A stretch of 64,000 bases of DNA from Mobula hypostoma. Lineage: Eukaryota. Position numbers and translations under genes: made by a program. The notes below the pieces were generated by a model. The model was not told the DNA's origin. It made no database searches and saw nothing but the letters and a program-made list of their open reading frames with translations. The stretch spans positions 133,798,001-133,862,000 of the forward strand of contig NC_086097.1 of assembly GCF_963921235.1 (NCBI RefSeq), written 5' to 3'. Each line of letters starts with the position of its first letter. Within the stretch, counting starts at the first letter, position 1. Below are positions 35,960-49,372 of this stretch, in pieces.

Positions 35960-36570
35960 GACTTATTGAGTGCCACTTACTTTGAAATGCTCGGTTGCAT
36001 GCCAAAGTGGGAGAGGCATTTGACAATTGTACGGGATGTTGGTGAGGCTGCACTTGGCAGTACTGTGCTCAGTTTCCGTCACCCTGTTGCAGGAAAGATG
36101 TCATTAAGATGAAAAGAGCACAAAAGATTTGCGAGGATTTTACCAGGACTCTAAGGAATACTTTACAGGGAGAAGTTGGGCAGAACAAGACTTTATTTAT
36201 TGTAGTTTAGGAGACTTTACAGAGATGTATAACTTCATGAGAGGCCTAGATAGGGGTAATGCACACAGTCTTCTTCCCAGGATTGGGGTATCAAGGACAT
36301 TGGTAAAAGCTGAGAGAGGGAAGATTTAATAGGGACCTGACAGGGAACTTTCTAATGCAAAGGGTGAGACCTTTATGGAATGGAAGGCAGTGGAAATAGT
36401 TGAGGCAGGTTCAATAACAACATTTAAAAGGTACTTGGACAGGTCAATGGATAGGAAAGGCTAGAGATATGTGGGTGAAATGCAGGCAAATGGGACGAGC
36501 TTAGACGGGATGGACCTTGGTCGATATGGGTGAGCTATGCTGAAGGGTCTGTTTCTGTGCGGTATCGAAT
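35960..36570 (+). mobile_element. Degenerate CR1 3' fragment
   Basis: Diverged ORF2 C-terminus and 3'UTR. Confidence 0.7.
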
Positions 36571-38209
36571 CAACAAGGCCTTAACTAAACTGTTGAAAGA
36601 AATTCAGCTGAGAGGAAAGATTAAATGGTGGAAAATAAATAGGTATGTTCTATTGGTTGAAGTAGCAGCCAAGAAGGCCAAAGATCACAGGAGTGCTGGT
36701 GATCTTCTGAAACTATGGGTTGTGAGGACCTACCATATTATAATAGAGAACTAATACTGCAGAACTTTATATTCAGTGCATGATGGATTCAATGTGTCTT
36801 AATGTCTAGATTATCTTATAGTTTCTTCGAGGTACTGACAGTGAGTTGGTCTGCATATGTAACTTGCCATAACAATCCTCAAAATTGCCTTGTTAATCCA
36901 ATCAGAGCTTCAATCTTCCCCACCCACCACATTCTTGAATCCATTCTCTTCCCCTCCCAAACATAAATCCTTGATAGATTGCTCGTCATAAATCCTCAGC
37001 CTTGTGTGACGGTGCAGGGGAAGATTGACAGCTTGTTAGAGTCTGGATACAAGAGGGGCAGGGCTATTCAGGGCTATGCAGTAACCTTACCTGCAACAAC
37101 CCCCCCACACACACAGTCCCTACTAAACGTCTGCTGCCTCCAATGCCTAGTGGAATGAACGATGGGCAGGCAAGCAGGATTCAAGGATGAAAGGATGATC
37201 TGGTATGTGCAATTCCTTTCTATGCAGACATATAGAATGTTGTTTTAGGCTTAGGCTCATTGAATAAGTATCCTAACATATTTGTAAACTTCCAGGATTC
37301 TGTGCATCCCTGACTTGGGAGGGGTGAAGAACAGCCGGTCCTGTCCAGCAGATTGAACACTTTAACGTACACGATCAGTCTTCTTTGCTGACACTTATAT
37401 ATCCGTTGATCCACTCCTTACAGTCCTGGGGTACTTGACCCTACACAATGGTAATGAGTTAAGATCCACCATCAATGCTGCTCATTTTCCGGTGAAGACT
37501 GGCCGCCCGTCTGGCTGTTGATGCAGACATGTCGTTGTACAGAGCAGCTGTTTTGCATTCATCCATGTTCCTTTCCGTATTGAGAAGGGGGAGGGGGTGT
37601 GGAAAAAGGTCACACAAGCCCTGAGATTGCAGACACATACAAGGAGTCCAGAGCACGCTCAGATAAGGAGGACCATGTCCTTCCCTGCCTTGCGAGCATC
37701 ACCTTCACTCTGAGCAGATTAGCCGGTGCAGCTCCTAATTTATTTGCATTCTCCCATCAATGAATATGTCAACGTAGGTGCTTAGTTTTAAAAAAAACAC
37801 AGGAGAAAAACATGGGGGAAAATAACATCTTCCTCTCTTATTATCACCTTGCTTCTCCTACCCCCTGTCTCCTGACACACACTCTTACCCCTCTAATGGT
37901 GAAAGATCCATCAAATTAAAACATCAGTGTACTTGGACGTAATCTCCAGAGTTCAGTACAGCGCTCTATATCTGTTCGTAGAGGAGCCCAACATGATTTA
38001 TCGATGCAAACCTAATAGCATCAATATGAATCTAACTAAAAATCAATATTTCATTACCAAATTGTTAGTGAGAATGAAGAAGAATTGCTGGAGTCAGAAC
38101 ATTTCTCTGGGGTAGGAGCATCTGGAGTTCAATGTGACAGAAAGAGTGATGCATGACTGAGGGGCAAGCAGAGGACATCAGGAGGACAGGCCACAAAGTG
38201 GGCACAATC

Positions 38210-38237
38210 TCAAAGAAGCTTGTTCCGTATCTTCTTT
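38210..38237 (-). CDS. Candidate last coding exon start of the - strand gene (phase 2: KKIRNKLL*; phase 1: RRYGTSFFEIV..)
   Basis: Very strong acceptor ttgacatgtttttttttgttctctctcttacacag| in unique sequence; frame cannot be fixed without the upstream exon. Confidence 0.45.
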
Positions 38238-38694
38238 CTGTGTAAGAGAGAGAACAAAAAAAAACATGTCAAAAAATGAGAGATTGCTAAAAAGAAGAAC
38301 CCAAAAGAAATAATTATCCGCGTAGTATTTCACCAATAACTTGCAAAGTTGCAATTATTTTTAAAAACAAAACCACATACTTTCGAGATGCAGGCATTAA
38401 ATTCAGTAATTTTTGTTTCTTCTTGACGTGATTTCTCTCTGCATTAAGTATTGATAATTATAAAGCATCCATTTACTCAGGAAAATAATATGCTTTATTA
38501 CTGTGCAATTATCACCAACAGGATGACTTCAATTCCTCAGTCTTTTAAACTCCAATAGACAAAATACCTCAGAGATCTAGAATACAAGAATAGAGAAGTT
38601 GTGCTGCAACAGTACAGCGGGGAATATTGAATTGGAAGGTGAGATAAGCATTTCTTGGTGTCACAATGTTCACACAAGCCAATGGATAAGAGTG

Positions 38695-39250
38695 CAAGGG
38701 AGACACAAGAGACCACAGATGCTGAAATCTGGAGCAACACCAGATCTGCTGGATAGACTCAGCGGGTCGAGCAGCATTTTTGGTGGGAAGGGAGCACTGA
38801 GTCAAAACTCTGCGTCAGGACTGAGAGTGAGTCAAGAGCCTGAGGTGACTGGTGGACTGAGGAAGGGTGAAAGATGACAGGCAGGTCGCACCAGGTTGGG
38901 GAGGTGAGCAGGGGTGGAGTTGACAGACAGCAGCACATGAATTACACGTGGAAGCAGACAAAGACAGACAAAGAAGGAGAGGAAGATGGAAAAAGTTTGG
39001 GAGGAGGGGTGGGTTGGAGACAGCTGCTGGAGGAAGATGAGCAGGAACACAAAAGGTCACCAGTGTTGGACTCAGGTAAGTAAAGGAGGTGATAATGGGA
39101 ACCATTAGAAGAGGGGTAAATGGCAGGTGGAACCAGAACCAGATGAAGGGCATGGGGTGGTCACTTTCCAGTTGGACACCACTTCCTGTCCGTGTGGTTT
39201 GGATGCTGCCTGATGGTTCATACTGAAGTAGGCCTTTGTCATCAAGGGGT
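38695..39250 (-). mobile_element. Degenerate Penelope-like element remnant
   Basis: pLTR motifs cagatgctgaaatctggagcaac and ctcagcgggtc, plus a purine-rich spacer. Confidence 0.6.
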
Positions 39251-40464
39251 TGCAGGTCAGACTAGAGCTAGCAGATCCTCAGCCAATTACCCTTGATGGC
39301 AGATCTGTTTCAGACCCCCAAAGCACTACCATCGTGCCCTGAGAGCAAGTCACTAGCTCTTCCTTTTAAACCAATCACAACTCCAACAGCCAAGTCCTGT
39401 CCTCCAAACCAAATCAAGGTCCCGAGTACTACCCAACCACTTTCGTCCAGGAAGCTGCAGATGATAGTGGGCACAGCCCTCCTCGTCATTGACAGCTTGA
39501 CAGAAGTGTTGCTTCGAGAAGGTGGCATCGGTCACCACAATCTTTACCATCCAGATCTCTTCTCACTACTACCATCAGGCAGGAGGTCCAGAAGCCCAAA
39601 GTCCCACAACACCAGGTTCAGCAACAGCTACTTTCCTATGACCATCAAGTATTGAACTGACTGGCAAAATCTTAATCACTGCAGTCAGCAACCGAACATT
39701 GCAGACACCTCTTGCACTATTCCGGAATTGTCTCTCTGGATTTTTTTGTACTAAGTTTTTGCACAATCTTGCTCTGACTATGATACATGCTATCGATCTG
39801 CAATTTCTCCACCACGATTTCTAGCCACGATTCCTGCTCCATCATTTAATAAATTTCCTCGCTATCAACAACTCTACCAATTCTCATTTCATCTGCAAAC
39901 CTACTGCACCAGTTACCATCTATTTCTTCATCCAGATTATTAATCTATATCACAAATAACAAGGGTTTCAGCACTGATCCTTGCAGAACACCTTTGGTCA
40001 CAGACTTCCAGTCAGAGTAACTCACTACTACTGCTGTTTTCTTTGACCAAGCCAATGAATCCAGTTTACCAATTCACCATGGATCCCATATGATCTAATC
40101 TGGATCAGCCTACCATGAAGGGCTTGTCAAGTACTTTACCGAAGTTTGTGAAGACAACATTTACTGTCCTACTCACATCAATCATTTTCACCATGTCCTC
40201 AATAACCTCTAGCAAATTTGTGAGAAAGGACCTCACACATTAAGCCAACTGACTACCAGAAATAAATTATTGCTTTTCCAAATGCTCGTAATTCACGTCA
40301 ATAAGAGCATTCTTCAATAATTTCGCTCCCACTAATGTAAGGCTTGTCAGTCTATAATTTCTTCATTTGTCTCTGTTGCCCTTCCTAAACAAAAGAACAA
40401 CGTTGCTGTTCTCCAGTCTTCCAGTCTCGGTCATTGCCCCAGCAATCTTTCCCCTTCCCTCTCT

Positions 40465-42500
40465 CAGAGGAGTGACAGAGGAACAGCTATGGGACTACTT
40501 TGAATTGATGGACGGGGCCATGTTCAAGGATTCATCAGAGGATCAGAATGAATATTCCATGGTTGTCAAGGACTTTATAGAATCAGTCTTAGAAACAATC
40601 GTTCCCACAAAATCATTCAGTCTTCCCCAACCAGAAGCAATCAAGAGATCCACAACTTGCTGAGGGCCAGATCAGTGGTGCCCAAGTAAAGGCCAAAAGA
40701 TACAGGTATGACCTCCGGAAGCTATCTCACATGTGAAGTGGTAGTTCCGGGCCACAGAATTATGCTGAACAGCTGTGGCAGGGCTTGACTGATATCACCT
40801 CTAACAAAGAGAAGCCAAGCGACATAAGTGAAAACAACCTTTCGCTCCCATATGAGCTCAACACATTTTTTTACTCACTTTGACCATCAAAACATGGAGG
40901 CAACTTCAGTAACTCCCACAGCTCCTGGCGACTCTGTGATTTCAGTCTCTGAGGCCGATGTGAGAGCATCCTTCAGGAGGGTGAACCCACAGAAAGCATC
41001 CGGTCCAGACAGGGTACCTGGCCGAGTACTAAATAGCTGTGCTAATCAACTTGTTGGCGTGTTCACTGATATCTTTAAGCTCTTGCCTCAGCAGTCTGAT
41101 GAACACACCTGCTTCAAGAAGGCTTCATTTATACCGGTGCTTAAAAAGAACATGGTAACCTGCCTCAATGCCTATCATCCACTGTAATGAAGTGCTTTGA
41201 GAGGTCAGTGATGAAACATATCAACTCCAGTCTGAGGAGCAACTTGGATCTGCTCCAATCTGCCTACCAGCACAACAGGTCAACAGCAGATGCCATCCCA
41301 TTGGCTCTTCACTCAACACTGGAACAGCTGGACAGTGAAGATGCATACATCAGAATGCTCTTCATTGACCACAGCTCTGCATTCAATATTATCATCTCCT
41401 CAAAGCTAATCAATATGCTCTAAGACCCTAGGCCTCAATACCTCCTTGTGCAACGGGATCCTCAATTTCCTCACTTGCAGACCCCAGTCAATTTGGATTG
41501 GCAACAGCATCTCCTCTACAATCATCATAAGCACAGGCGCACCACAAGGCTGCGTGCTTAGCTCTCCTGCTCTACTCGCTTTACACTTATAACAGTAAGG
41601 CTAAACACAGCCCCAATACCATATTTAAGTATGCCGATGACACCACTGTTATTGGCCAAATCAAACGTGGTGAGGAATCAGCATATAGGATGGAAATCAA
41701 AAATCTGGCTGAGTGGTGCCACCACATCAGGGGATCAGCAACTTTAAATTCCTTGATGTTATAATTTCACAGAATCTGTCTGAACTTCAGCACGTAAGTA
41801 CCATTAAGAAAAACAAAACATGGTAGACCTGTGCTTTCTTACAAGTTTGCAAAGAATCAGCACGTCATCGAAAAATTTGACAAACTTTTATAGATGTGTG
41901 GTAGAGAGAATATTGACTCGTTTCATCATGTCCTGGTATGGAAATGCAAATACCCTTAAGTGGAAAAGACATCAAAAAGTACAGCCCAGCCCAAGTAAAA
42001 CCTTCCCCACTGTTGGGCACATCTACATGGAGTGCTGTTGTAGGAAAGCAGCATCCATCATTAAGGATCCCCACCATCCAGATCATGTTCTCTTCTCATT
42101 GCTGCCATCAGGGAGGAGGTACAGGAACCTCATGACCCACATCACCAGTTCAAGAACAGTACTATCCCCTCAACCATCAGGCTCTTGAACCAGAGGTGAT
42201 AACTTCATTCACCCCAACACTGAACTGTTCCTACAGCCTGTGGACTCACTTTCAATGACTCTTCATCTCATGTTCTCGATATTTATTGTTCATTTATTTG
42301 TTATCATACTTCTGTTTTTTTTCTTTTTGTATTTGCACAGTCTGTTGTCTTTTGCACATTGGTTGTTTTTTTGTGTTGTTGTGTAGTCTTTCATTGATTC
42401 TATTGTGTTTCTTTTTATTTACAGTGAATGCCCTCAAGGAAATGACTCTCAGGATGAGTATGGTGACATATATGTACTCTGAACTTTTTGAACTTCGAAT
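40465..42500 (+). mobile_element. Rex1/Babar LINE inserted in a decayed minus-strand CR1 (39800-40460 and 42540-42970)
   Basis: [56 protein letters not shown]; (TTGAACT)-like tail. Confidence 0.88.
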
Positions 42501-42971
42501 ATCCAAGGATAGATCTCATCAGGCTCTCAGGACTTTTCACTTTAATTTTTCGAGACACTCAAAACCTCCTCCTTCTTAAAACTGACATGTCCCCAGGATA
42601 TCACCATACCCTTCCCTAATCTCACCATTATCCATATCCTTCTCCCCGGTGAATACAGATGCAAATTACACATTAAAAGACCTCACCCACTTCCTGTGAG
42701 TCCATGCATAAATTTCATCCTTTGTCCTTGAGTGGTCCTACCTTTTCCCTCGCTACTCATTTTCCCATAATGTATGTATAAAATGCCTAGGATTCTCCTT
42801 AATCCTGTTTGTCAAAGGCATTTCATAGTTCCTTTTACCCCTCCTAATTTCTTGTTTACATTTTTTCCTGGTTATTTTATACTGCTCAAAGCCTTTGACT
42901 GATTTCAGCTTCCAAAAACTTGCTTTTGCTTCTTTTCTTAAAATTTTTGACTGAACTTACAATATCCTTTC

Positions 42972-43180
42972 CCAAAAGCAAACTGCTGGAAGAACTCAGT
43001 GACTCAGGCAATGGGGGCAATGGGATGTTCAAAACAGAGGGTGCAAAGGTTTCCTGAGGTCATCCAGATATAGGGTCTCAACCCAAAATGTCGAATGTCT
43101 ATTTCCCTTCATTGATGCTACCTGACCCACTGAGTTCCTCCAGCATCTTGTTTGTTGGTACAGGTTTCAGCATTTTGGTA
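42972..43180. mobile_element. Old fold-back PLE pLTR remnant
   Basis: Inverted tgctggaagaactcag / ctgagttcctccagca arms; decayed hammerhead-like segment at 43062-43097. Confidence 0.6.
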
Positions 43181-46100
43181 ATTCATTTGTCTAGATTAGT
43201 TTTCTGAGAGTCTCTATCTCCACCAGTCCCTTGGGCAATCCATTCTAGATTCCAACCACCTAGTTCTTCCTCAGATCCTCTCTGACCCCTTTCCCTGTAC
43301 TTATGTCTACCAGTGTTAAAACAGATCAAAAATAGTGCTAGAGAACTGGTCTGGGAGAAGGGATAAGAGGAGCATGAAAGACTGAGAGCTGGACAGTGAG
43401 AAGACAGAGTTGGGGAAAGGCCAGGGATGAGCTGTTTTCCACACCTCAGTCAGATAGGAAAATAGAGGACACAATAGAGGAATCATGTCCAAAAGAGGGC
43501 AATGGAGAGGAAATTAAGAAACACTAGAGGGGATTATCATTGTTTTCTTCTCCTGTAATAACTGGAATAAATGGTTTTGATTAAGAACCAAATATCTGCA
43601 AAAACATGGAGTGTATACAGTGAATAATGGCAGAATATTAATTTCATTCCATTAGCTTGGAGGTCCTTTATAAGTTGGCACTTATGAAGTAAGATTGCAT
43701 AAAGCACAAAAAGTGCTTGAAATATATATTAACCATTAATGTGTTTGCCTTAGCACTTAACATGTTGAGTTGTGGGAATGCCCATTAGGACTGAATAATA
43801 ATGGCTTTAAAGCAAACAGCTCACTCAGTTCACAAAATATTAAAGTTCATTGAAGGTTAATTAGCATTAATAAGTCATCAACAAGTTATGACTCTATCAT
43901 TAATACACTACACCATGTTTTAGTAACAGAGGATAGTAAAGATTACATTAATTCCAATCATTTTTAAGAGACCAGTTTAGCGCCATTAGAGACCAAATTG
44001 CCAATGAGTTGGAAGAACTGAGAATGCAGAGTAATCATCCATAATAAGCATTCACAGATCACCCTCTCCAGAAAGTATAATCTCTATCATCGCCCTGACA
44101 GACCATGGTCAGGAGAATTTCATGGCTTGCTTTTTTAACAAAGGCACAAATATATTTTATGTTGACCATTAAGAAAATAGGAAATAAGAACAGGAGAAGG
44201 TCATACAGCCTGTCTAATATATTCTGTAACATCACAGAGTCCAAAGTTATAGAGTAGTACAACAAACACCCTTTGGCCCATCATGCCTTGGCTGACCTTT
44301 ATGTCTACCTACACTAAGAATGGAATCAAGGTATCAGATCCTAGCTGATTTTCTGCCTGAAACTTATTTCCTTGTTTGACTCCCCACAACTATCCATTCC
44401 CTCATAGTCCAAAAATTCTAGCCTTGAACGTATTTATAATGACTCATATGTCCAGAGAGCTGTGGGGGAGAGAATTACAAAGGTCTACAGAGCTTAGAGA
44501 GAAGGAGCTCTCCTTCTTCTCAGTGTTAAATGACTGGCCCCTGAGGTTATGACCTTGGATTCTAAGCTCTGTTAGCAAGAGTCAGAAGGAGAAGTCAGTT
44601 ATATTGTCACTCAAGTCTCCTCCACCATTTAGTAAGACCATTTTCCATCCTCTACCTCATCTCTCTTTTGCCCTCTGTTCACTGGGATCCCTGAGATGTT
44701 CAAGGCTATCTCAATCTTAGCCTTAAACATACTCAATGACTGAGAATCCACAACCCTGCTAGGGGAGAGTAATCGAAAGATTTACAACCAACTGAATAAA
44801 GAGATTTCTCCTAATCTCAGCCCTAATTGAATGAACTCTCATCACTGTCTAAAGAGATAAAATCCCAAATAAACCATTCTATCTACTCGATGCACATCCA
44901 CATCTCATGAATATTAAAACTCAGATCTGCAGGCATTCTGCATTTAAAATCAAAGTCCATATTGCAAATATTCATGAATGGTTTGCATCAGAGACTCTGG
45001 TCATAGGTAGGTTTCTAGAGGGCTATGAGGATAACCCACAATTTTCAGTTATTTGGAAAGAGTAGGAAAACTGAAATTGCTTCCTTTTTGATTGTTCCCT
45101 TACTGATCAAGTAGTGGGGTGAAGCTCAGGCAGGATGTCAGGTACACATAATTAGCAATGTAAACCTGGTGTGGGAGACGATGTTGGAAGTTTTAGCTAT
45201 TTTTTGTTAAATGCACTAAATTCAGTATTTTTCAATTTCCAACTGTTATCAAGAGATGCAGAAAATCTGTATTTGCCATAAATTGCAAAAATATATGAGA
45301 GCCATAATATCTTATGAAGTACAAAACATGTGTTTGAAATTAATTAAAGGCAGGCTCCCAAAAATGTAAATGCTGATGAATAAATATACATTTATTCTTA
45401 ACTGAAAGGATAACTTTACCCAGAAGTTGCATTTCACCCATTTTTGGTATGCAAAGCGCTCAGTTAGGGACTTACAACTAAGTAAGCTTAATTTCTGAAA
45501 ATCACTTTTTTAAAAACTTATTTGCGCTATTTTCCTTGACAGAATGCTGTGTGTACTAATTCACAGCATCAGCTGAGCATCCAAGTGCTGTGTTAGTCCT
45601 GCATGCAAGCTCCCTGGAAGCCAGAGGCAATGACACAAAGCTGTTAGGGAGCTAAGAATGAAGAGGGTGCTGTGCTGGGGGTACCTGTGTCATAAGCAAC
45701 TGTAGTCACATTACACTAGAAGCTCTGGTACCAATCATGTCCCCTGCCACAACTGGTCCCAAGTCACTGCGAGACACAGGCTACAGAGATTGCCGCTGAT
45801 AGGTCTGCCGTGATGATATTCATTAGGCACTGTGAAGCACAGCAAAGCTGATTGTAATGTACTGAGCAGTAAAGACTCTGCAGGGACCAAAACACTGATG
45901 TTCCAATCACTTTGATTCGTGTCTACTTGATGACTTACCCCAAGATGTTCTCCTAGTTTTCTCACAATGAAGTTATAGAACAGAAATTTGTAGGTCACGA
46001 CTTTTAGAAGTTATTTCTGTTGGAATGTCATAAGGGAACACTGAGCACTCTGATGGCATTATGTGTGAAAATGACACTAGAAGAATGACAATGTGCACTG

Positions 46101-46423
46101 AAAATATTCTGTGACTAGATGTACATAGTCCAAAATTATAATGCGTGAGATTTTCATCAAAACCAATGGTTTAAAAATTTGGAGGTCCTTGTCTGGTTAC
46201 GCAGGTCACAGATGGGGCTGGATTTGGAGAATTGTGTTCAGTTTTGGTCACCGTCTTATAAAAAGATATTATTAAACTGGAAAACAGAAAAGATTTACAA
46301 GGATGTTGCCGTGACTTGAGAACTGAGTTACAGGGAGAAGTTGGACAGGCTAGAATATTATTATTTATTATTTATTTAGGGTCTCAGAGCATGGAAGATT
46401 GAGAAATGAGCTAACAGACCACT

Positions 46424-48300
46424 TGTTACGTATTCACTTCTATTTTGACCCTTGTGGATTGCTGTCAAGCTTCCCTGTGTGTTATGTGCTGAATGTAATG
46501 TGAGAGGGCATTCTGAGTAGATGCAAAATAAACAGCTGCACATTTGTTCCTCTCCCCTCTGTCTCACGTGTGTGTTATTCACGCCCACCTGACTTCCCAG
46601 TACCACAAGCATAACAACTGACGACAAGGTGACAAGTCCTCACGTGATATTTGTTGGGTTTTTTCCCCCCTTTGGCAAGAAAAGTCCATGTGCAACACTG
46701 GCGGTGTACTGCGGTGTACTGCTGTGTAATGTGGGTGAGCGAAAAGAAACTGGCCACAGGACGTGTGGCGAGCGAAGAAACTGATGGGAGAGAATGAGAA
46801 GGTGACGGTTAAATAAAACAAATAAGAGAGGGAGAGAGAGACGGATAAGACTAGTTAACTTTTCTGGAAGGTGATTGTGTTTGAAAATGGTGAGAATGTT
46901 TGGAAGTACGGGGCCATATGACAAAACAACAGAGCAATGGAGTTCATATACATAAAGATTTGAATATTTTGCGCTGACAAATTAAATTTCAGATGATATT
47001 CATGTTCTAGCTTTTCTGACTGTGATGGGTGCAAATGCGTTTAATTTATTACGCAGTCTAGTGCACCCTGTTCAGCGTGGCTGTAAACATTATGAGGCCA
47101 TAATTAAAGGCTTGAAGGACCACTGTTCACCTAAACCTTTGACTATTGCTGAAAGGTTTAGATTTCATAAAAGGAATCACAGGAAGGTGAGTCTATTTCA
47201 CAGTTTGTAGAGGTGATGAAGCAATTGTCTGAACTCTGATTTTGGGCAGCTGCAGAATGACACATTACATGATTGATTCGTAAGTGGTCTGCGTAGTGAG
47301 GCAATTCAGAAACATTTGCTTACAGAAGACAGACTAATGTTACAGAAGGCAATTGAGATTAGTACTGCTAAGGAGATGGCAGATCAAGCGGAGCTATTAA
47401 GCGCATCTTCCAAAGTTTGATTTTAAGAATAAGATAGCAATTGGCCATCATTGTTACTGTTGTGGCAAAATGGGGCATTCAGCAAAAGAATGCTGGTATA
47501 AGGATTTATACAACTGATGCTGTGGCAAAAAGGCATATATTGAACACTCCTATAAAAGTAAAAAGACACTGACAACCAAAATACAGCAATAAAGAAAAAT
47601 GACTTATGGAAAAACAAAAAGCAACATATGAACAAGATGGAGCATACTGAGGAAGGGCTGAGTGTCTCTCACTCTGTGGTTGAAGAAACTTTCCATGTTT
47701 TATCTGTTTCAGGATACAGACGGCTTATTGGGTCATTGGGCCACAATTGGATGGGGCCACAGTGAGGGTGCAGGTGGACACAGGTGCTACAGTACCAATG
47801 GAGTCAGAGACAGTTTACAAGATGAAATTGCAGCATCTCACCCTAGAAGGGGCAGGGTTGACTTTAAAGACTTACACTGGTGAGGATGTTCCTGTAAAGG
47901 GAGTAGTACGTGTTACAGTGCAGATTAACGAACAGAGAAAGAAACTTCCATTGTACATTGTTAAAGGTAGTTACCCAGTGCTTCTGAGCCATTTGTGATT
48001 GGAGCAGATCAAACTCAACTGGCAGGAAGTGCACTTGATTGATGAGAGCACTGTTCTGCAAGAGGTATTGAAGAACCATGCAAAAAAATTCAACGGAGAA
48101 CTGGACAGTATGAAAGGAATCACTGTTAAGCCTGACAGAACACCCAAATGCCTGAAAGCAAGAACTGTTCCATATGCCCTCAACCCAAAAGTAGAGAATG
48201 AAGTGGATAGACTAGTCCAGAATAAGGTATTGGAGCCAGTGATTGTAAGTAAATGGACGACTCCAATGGTTCCCGTCTTTGTGAAGACGTCAAGGTAACC
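46424..48300 (+). mobile_element. Truncated Ty3/Gypsy LTR retrotransposon (Mag-like): 5' LTR, PBS, gag, protease, start of RT
   Basis: LTR 46424-46616 (TGTTACG..CATAACA, internal AATAAA 46527), PBS-like TGACGACAAGG at 46619, gag from 46887 with PLTIAERFRFHKR and CCHC knuckle remnants, protease VDTGA, RT VPYALNPKVENEVDRL. Many stops; no 3' LTR. Confidence 0.88.
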
Positions 48301-49372
48301 ATTACCTCGGTTCTTATGGCATAGTAAGAACCATTCCAGGTTATCATTAACTCAGTTATTATGGTAGAGTAGTATCTAAGTAGAATGATCTGCCAGAAGT
48401 GGGTGAGGTATGCACAGTAACAACTTTTAGAAGATACTTGGACAGGCACATGGATTGGAAGGCTATTAGTCATAAGCTGGCTGGCAAATTAGACTAACTT
48501 GGAAGGGGTATCTTGGTTGGTATGGACAAGATGAGCCAAAGGGCTTGTTTTTATGCTGTATAACTCAATGTCTTATGACTACACAATGCTTAACAGATTT
48601 TATTCATATTGCATTTTTACACACAGACCCTATGAAAGAACAGTGCGAATTACACAGTCATTCCGTCTTAAATACCACTTCAATAAGAATAACCTATCAA
48701 ACACTTTGAATGTGTGATTATTTTTATTAATGCAGATGCCTACTTTTGTAAAGTCTTATACTGAGCAAAATGAGCTTTGTCTTCAGTGAAACACATGGAT
48801 TATAAATATGAACAGCCCTCCCCCAACCCATGCAGACTTACTCTCTCTATCCATCCACAAGCATATGTGAAATTGTACATTAAACAACAATGTGTTAATT
48901 TATAATTTTCACATTTTGACAGGTGGTTAAAAAACTCAGTGCAATCTAAAGAAGTCATTACTGTTACCATCATTGGCAATAGCAGTATTATTACACTAAC
49001 AGACAATGTTCTGTTCATTAACAAACATACAGAATGCAGAGCAATGACTTTGTAATTGAGTGAGACTAATAAGAATACATCATTTAGCTGTGTGACAAAT
49101 TGCATTTGAAACCCCCCAATACAGAAAATTCACATTTTGTCTTTATAAATAAATTACATGGGCTATGTATTATACATAACTTGAATCCTTGAAGACTTGG
49201 TTAAAATATAAAGGAGATGATCAGTTATTTATTTATCAAGACCAACCATGTTTGGATGCCCTGGTTTATACCTAGTATTGCAATTGTTGACTGAGAGAAT
49301 GAAAGGTGTTTTTAATCCTATTTGATGAACTGGAAATACCACTAGTTGAAATACTAGCATTTAGTTGTGAAT

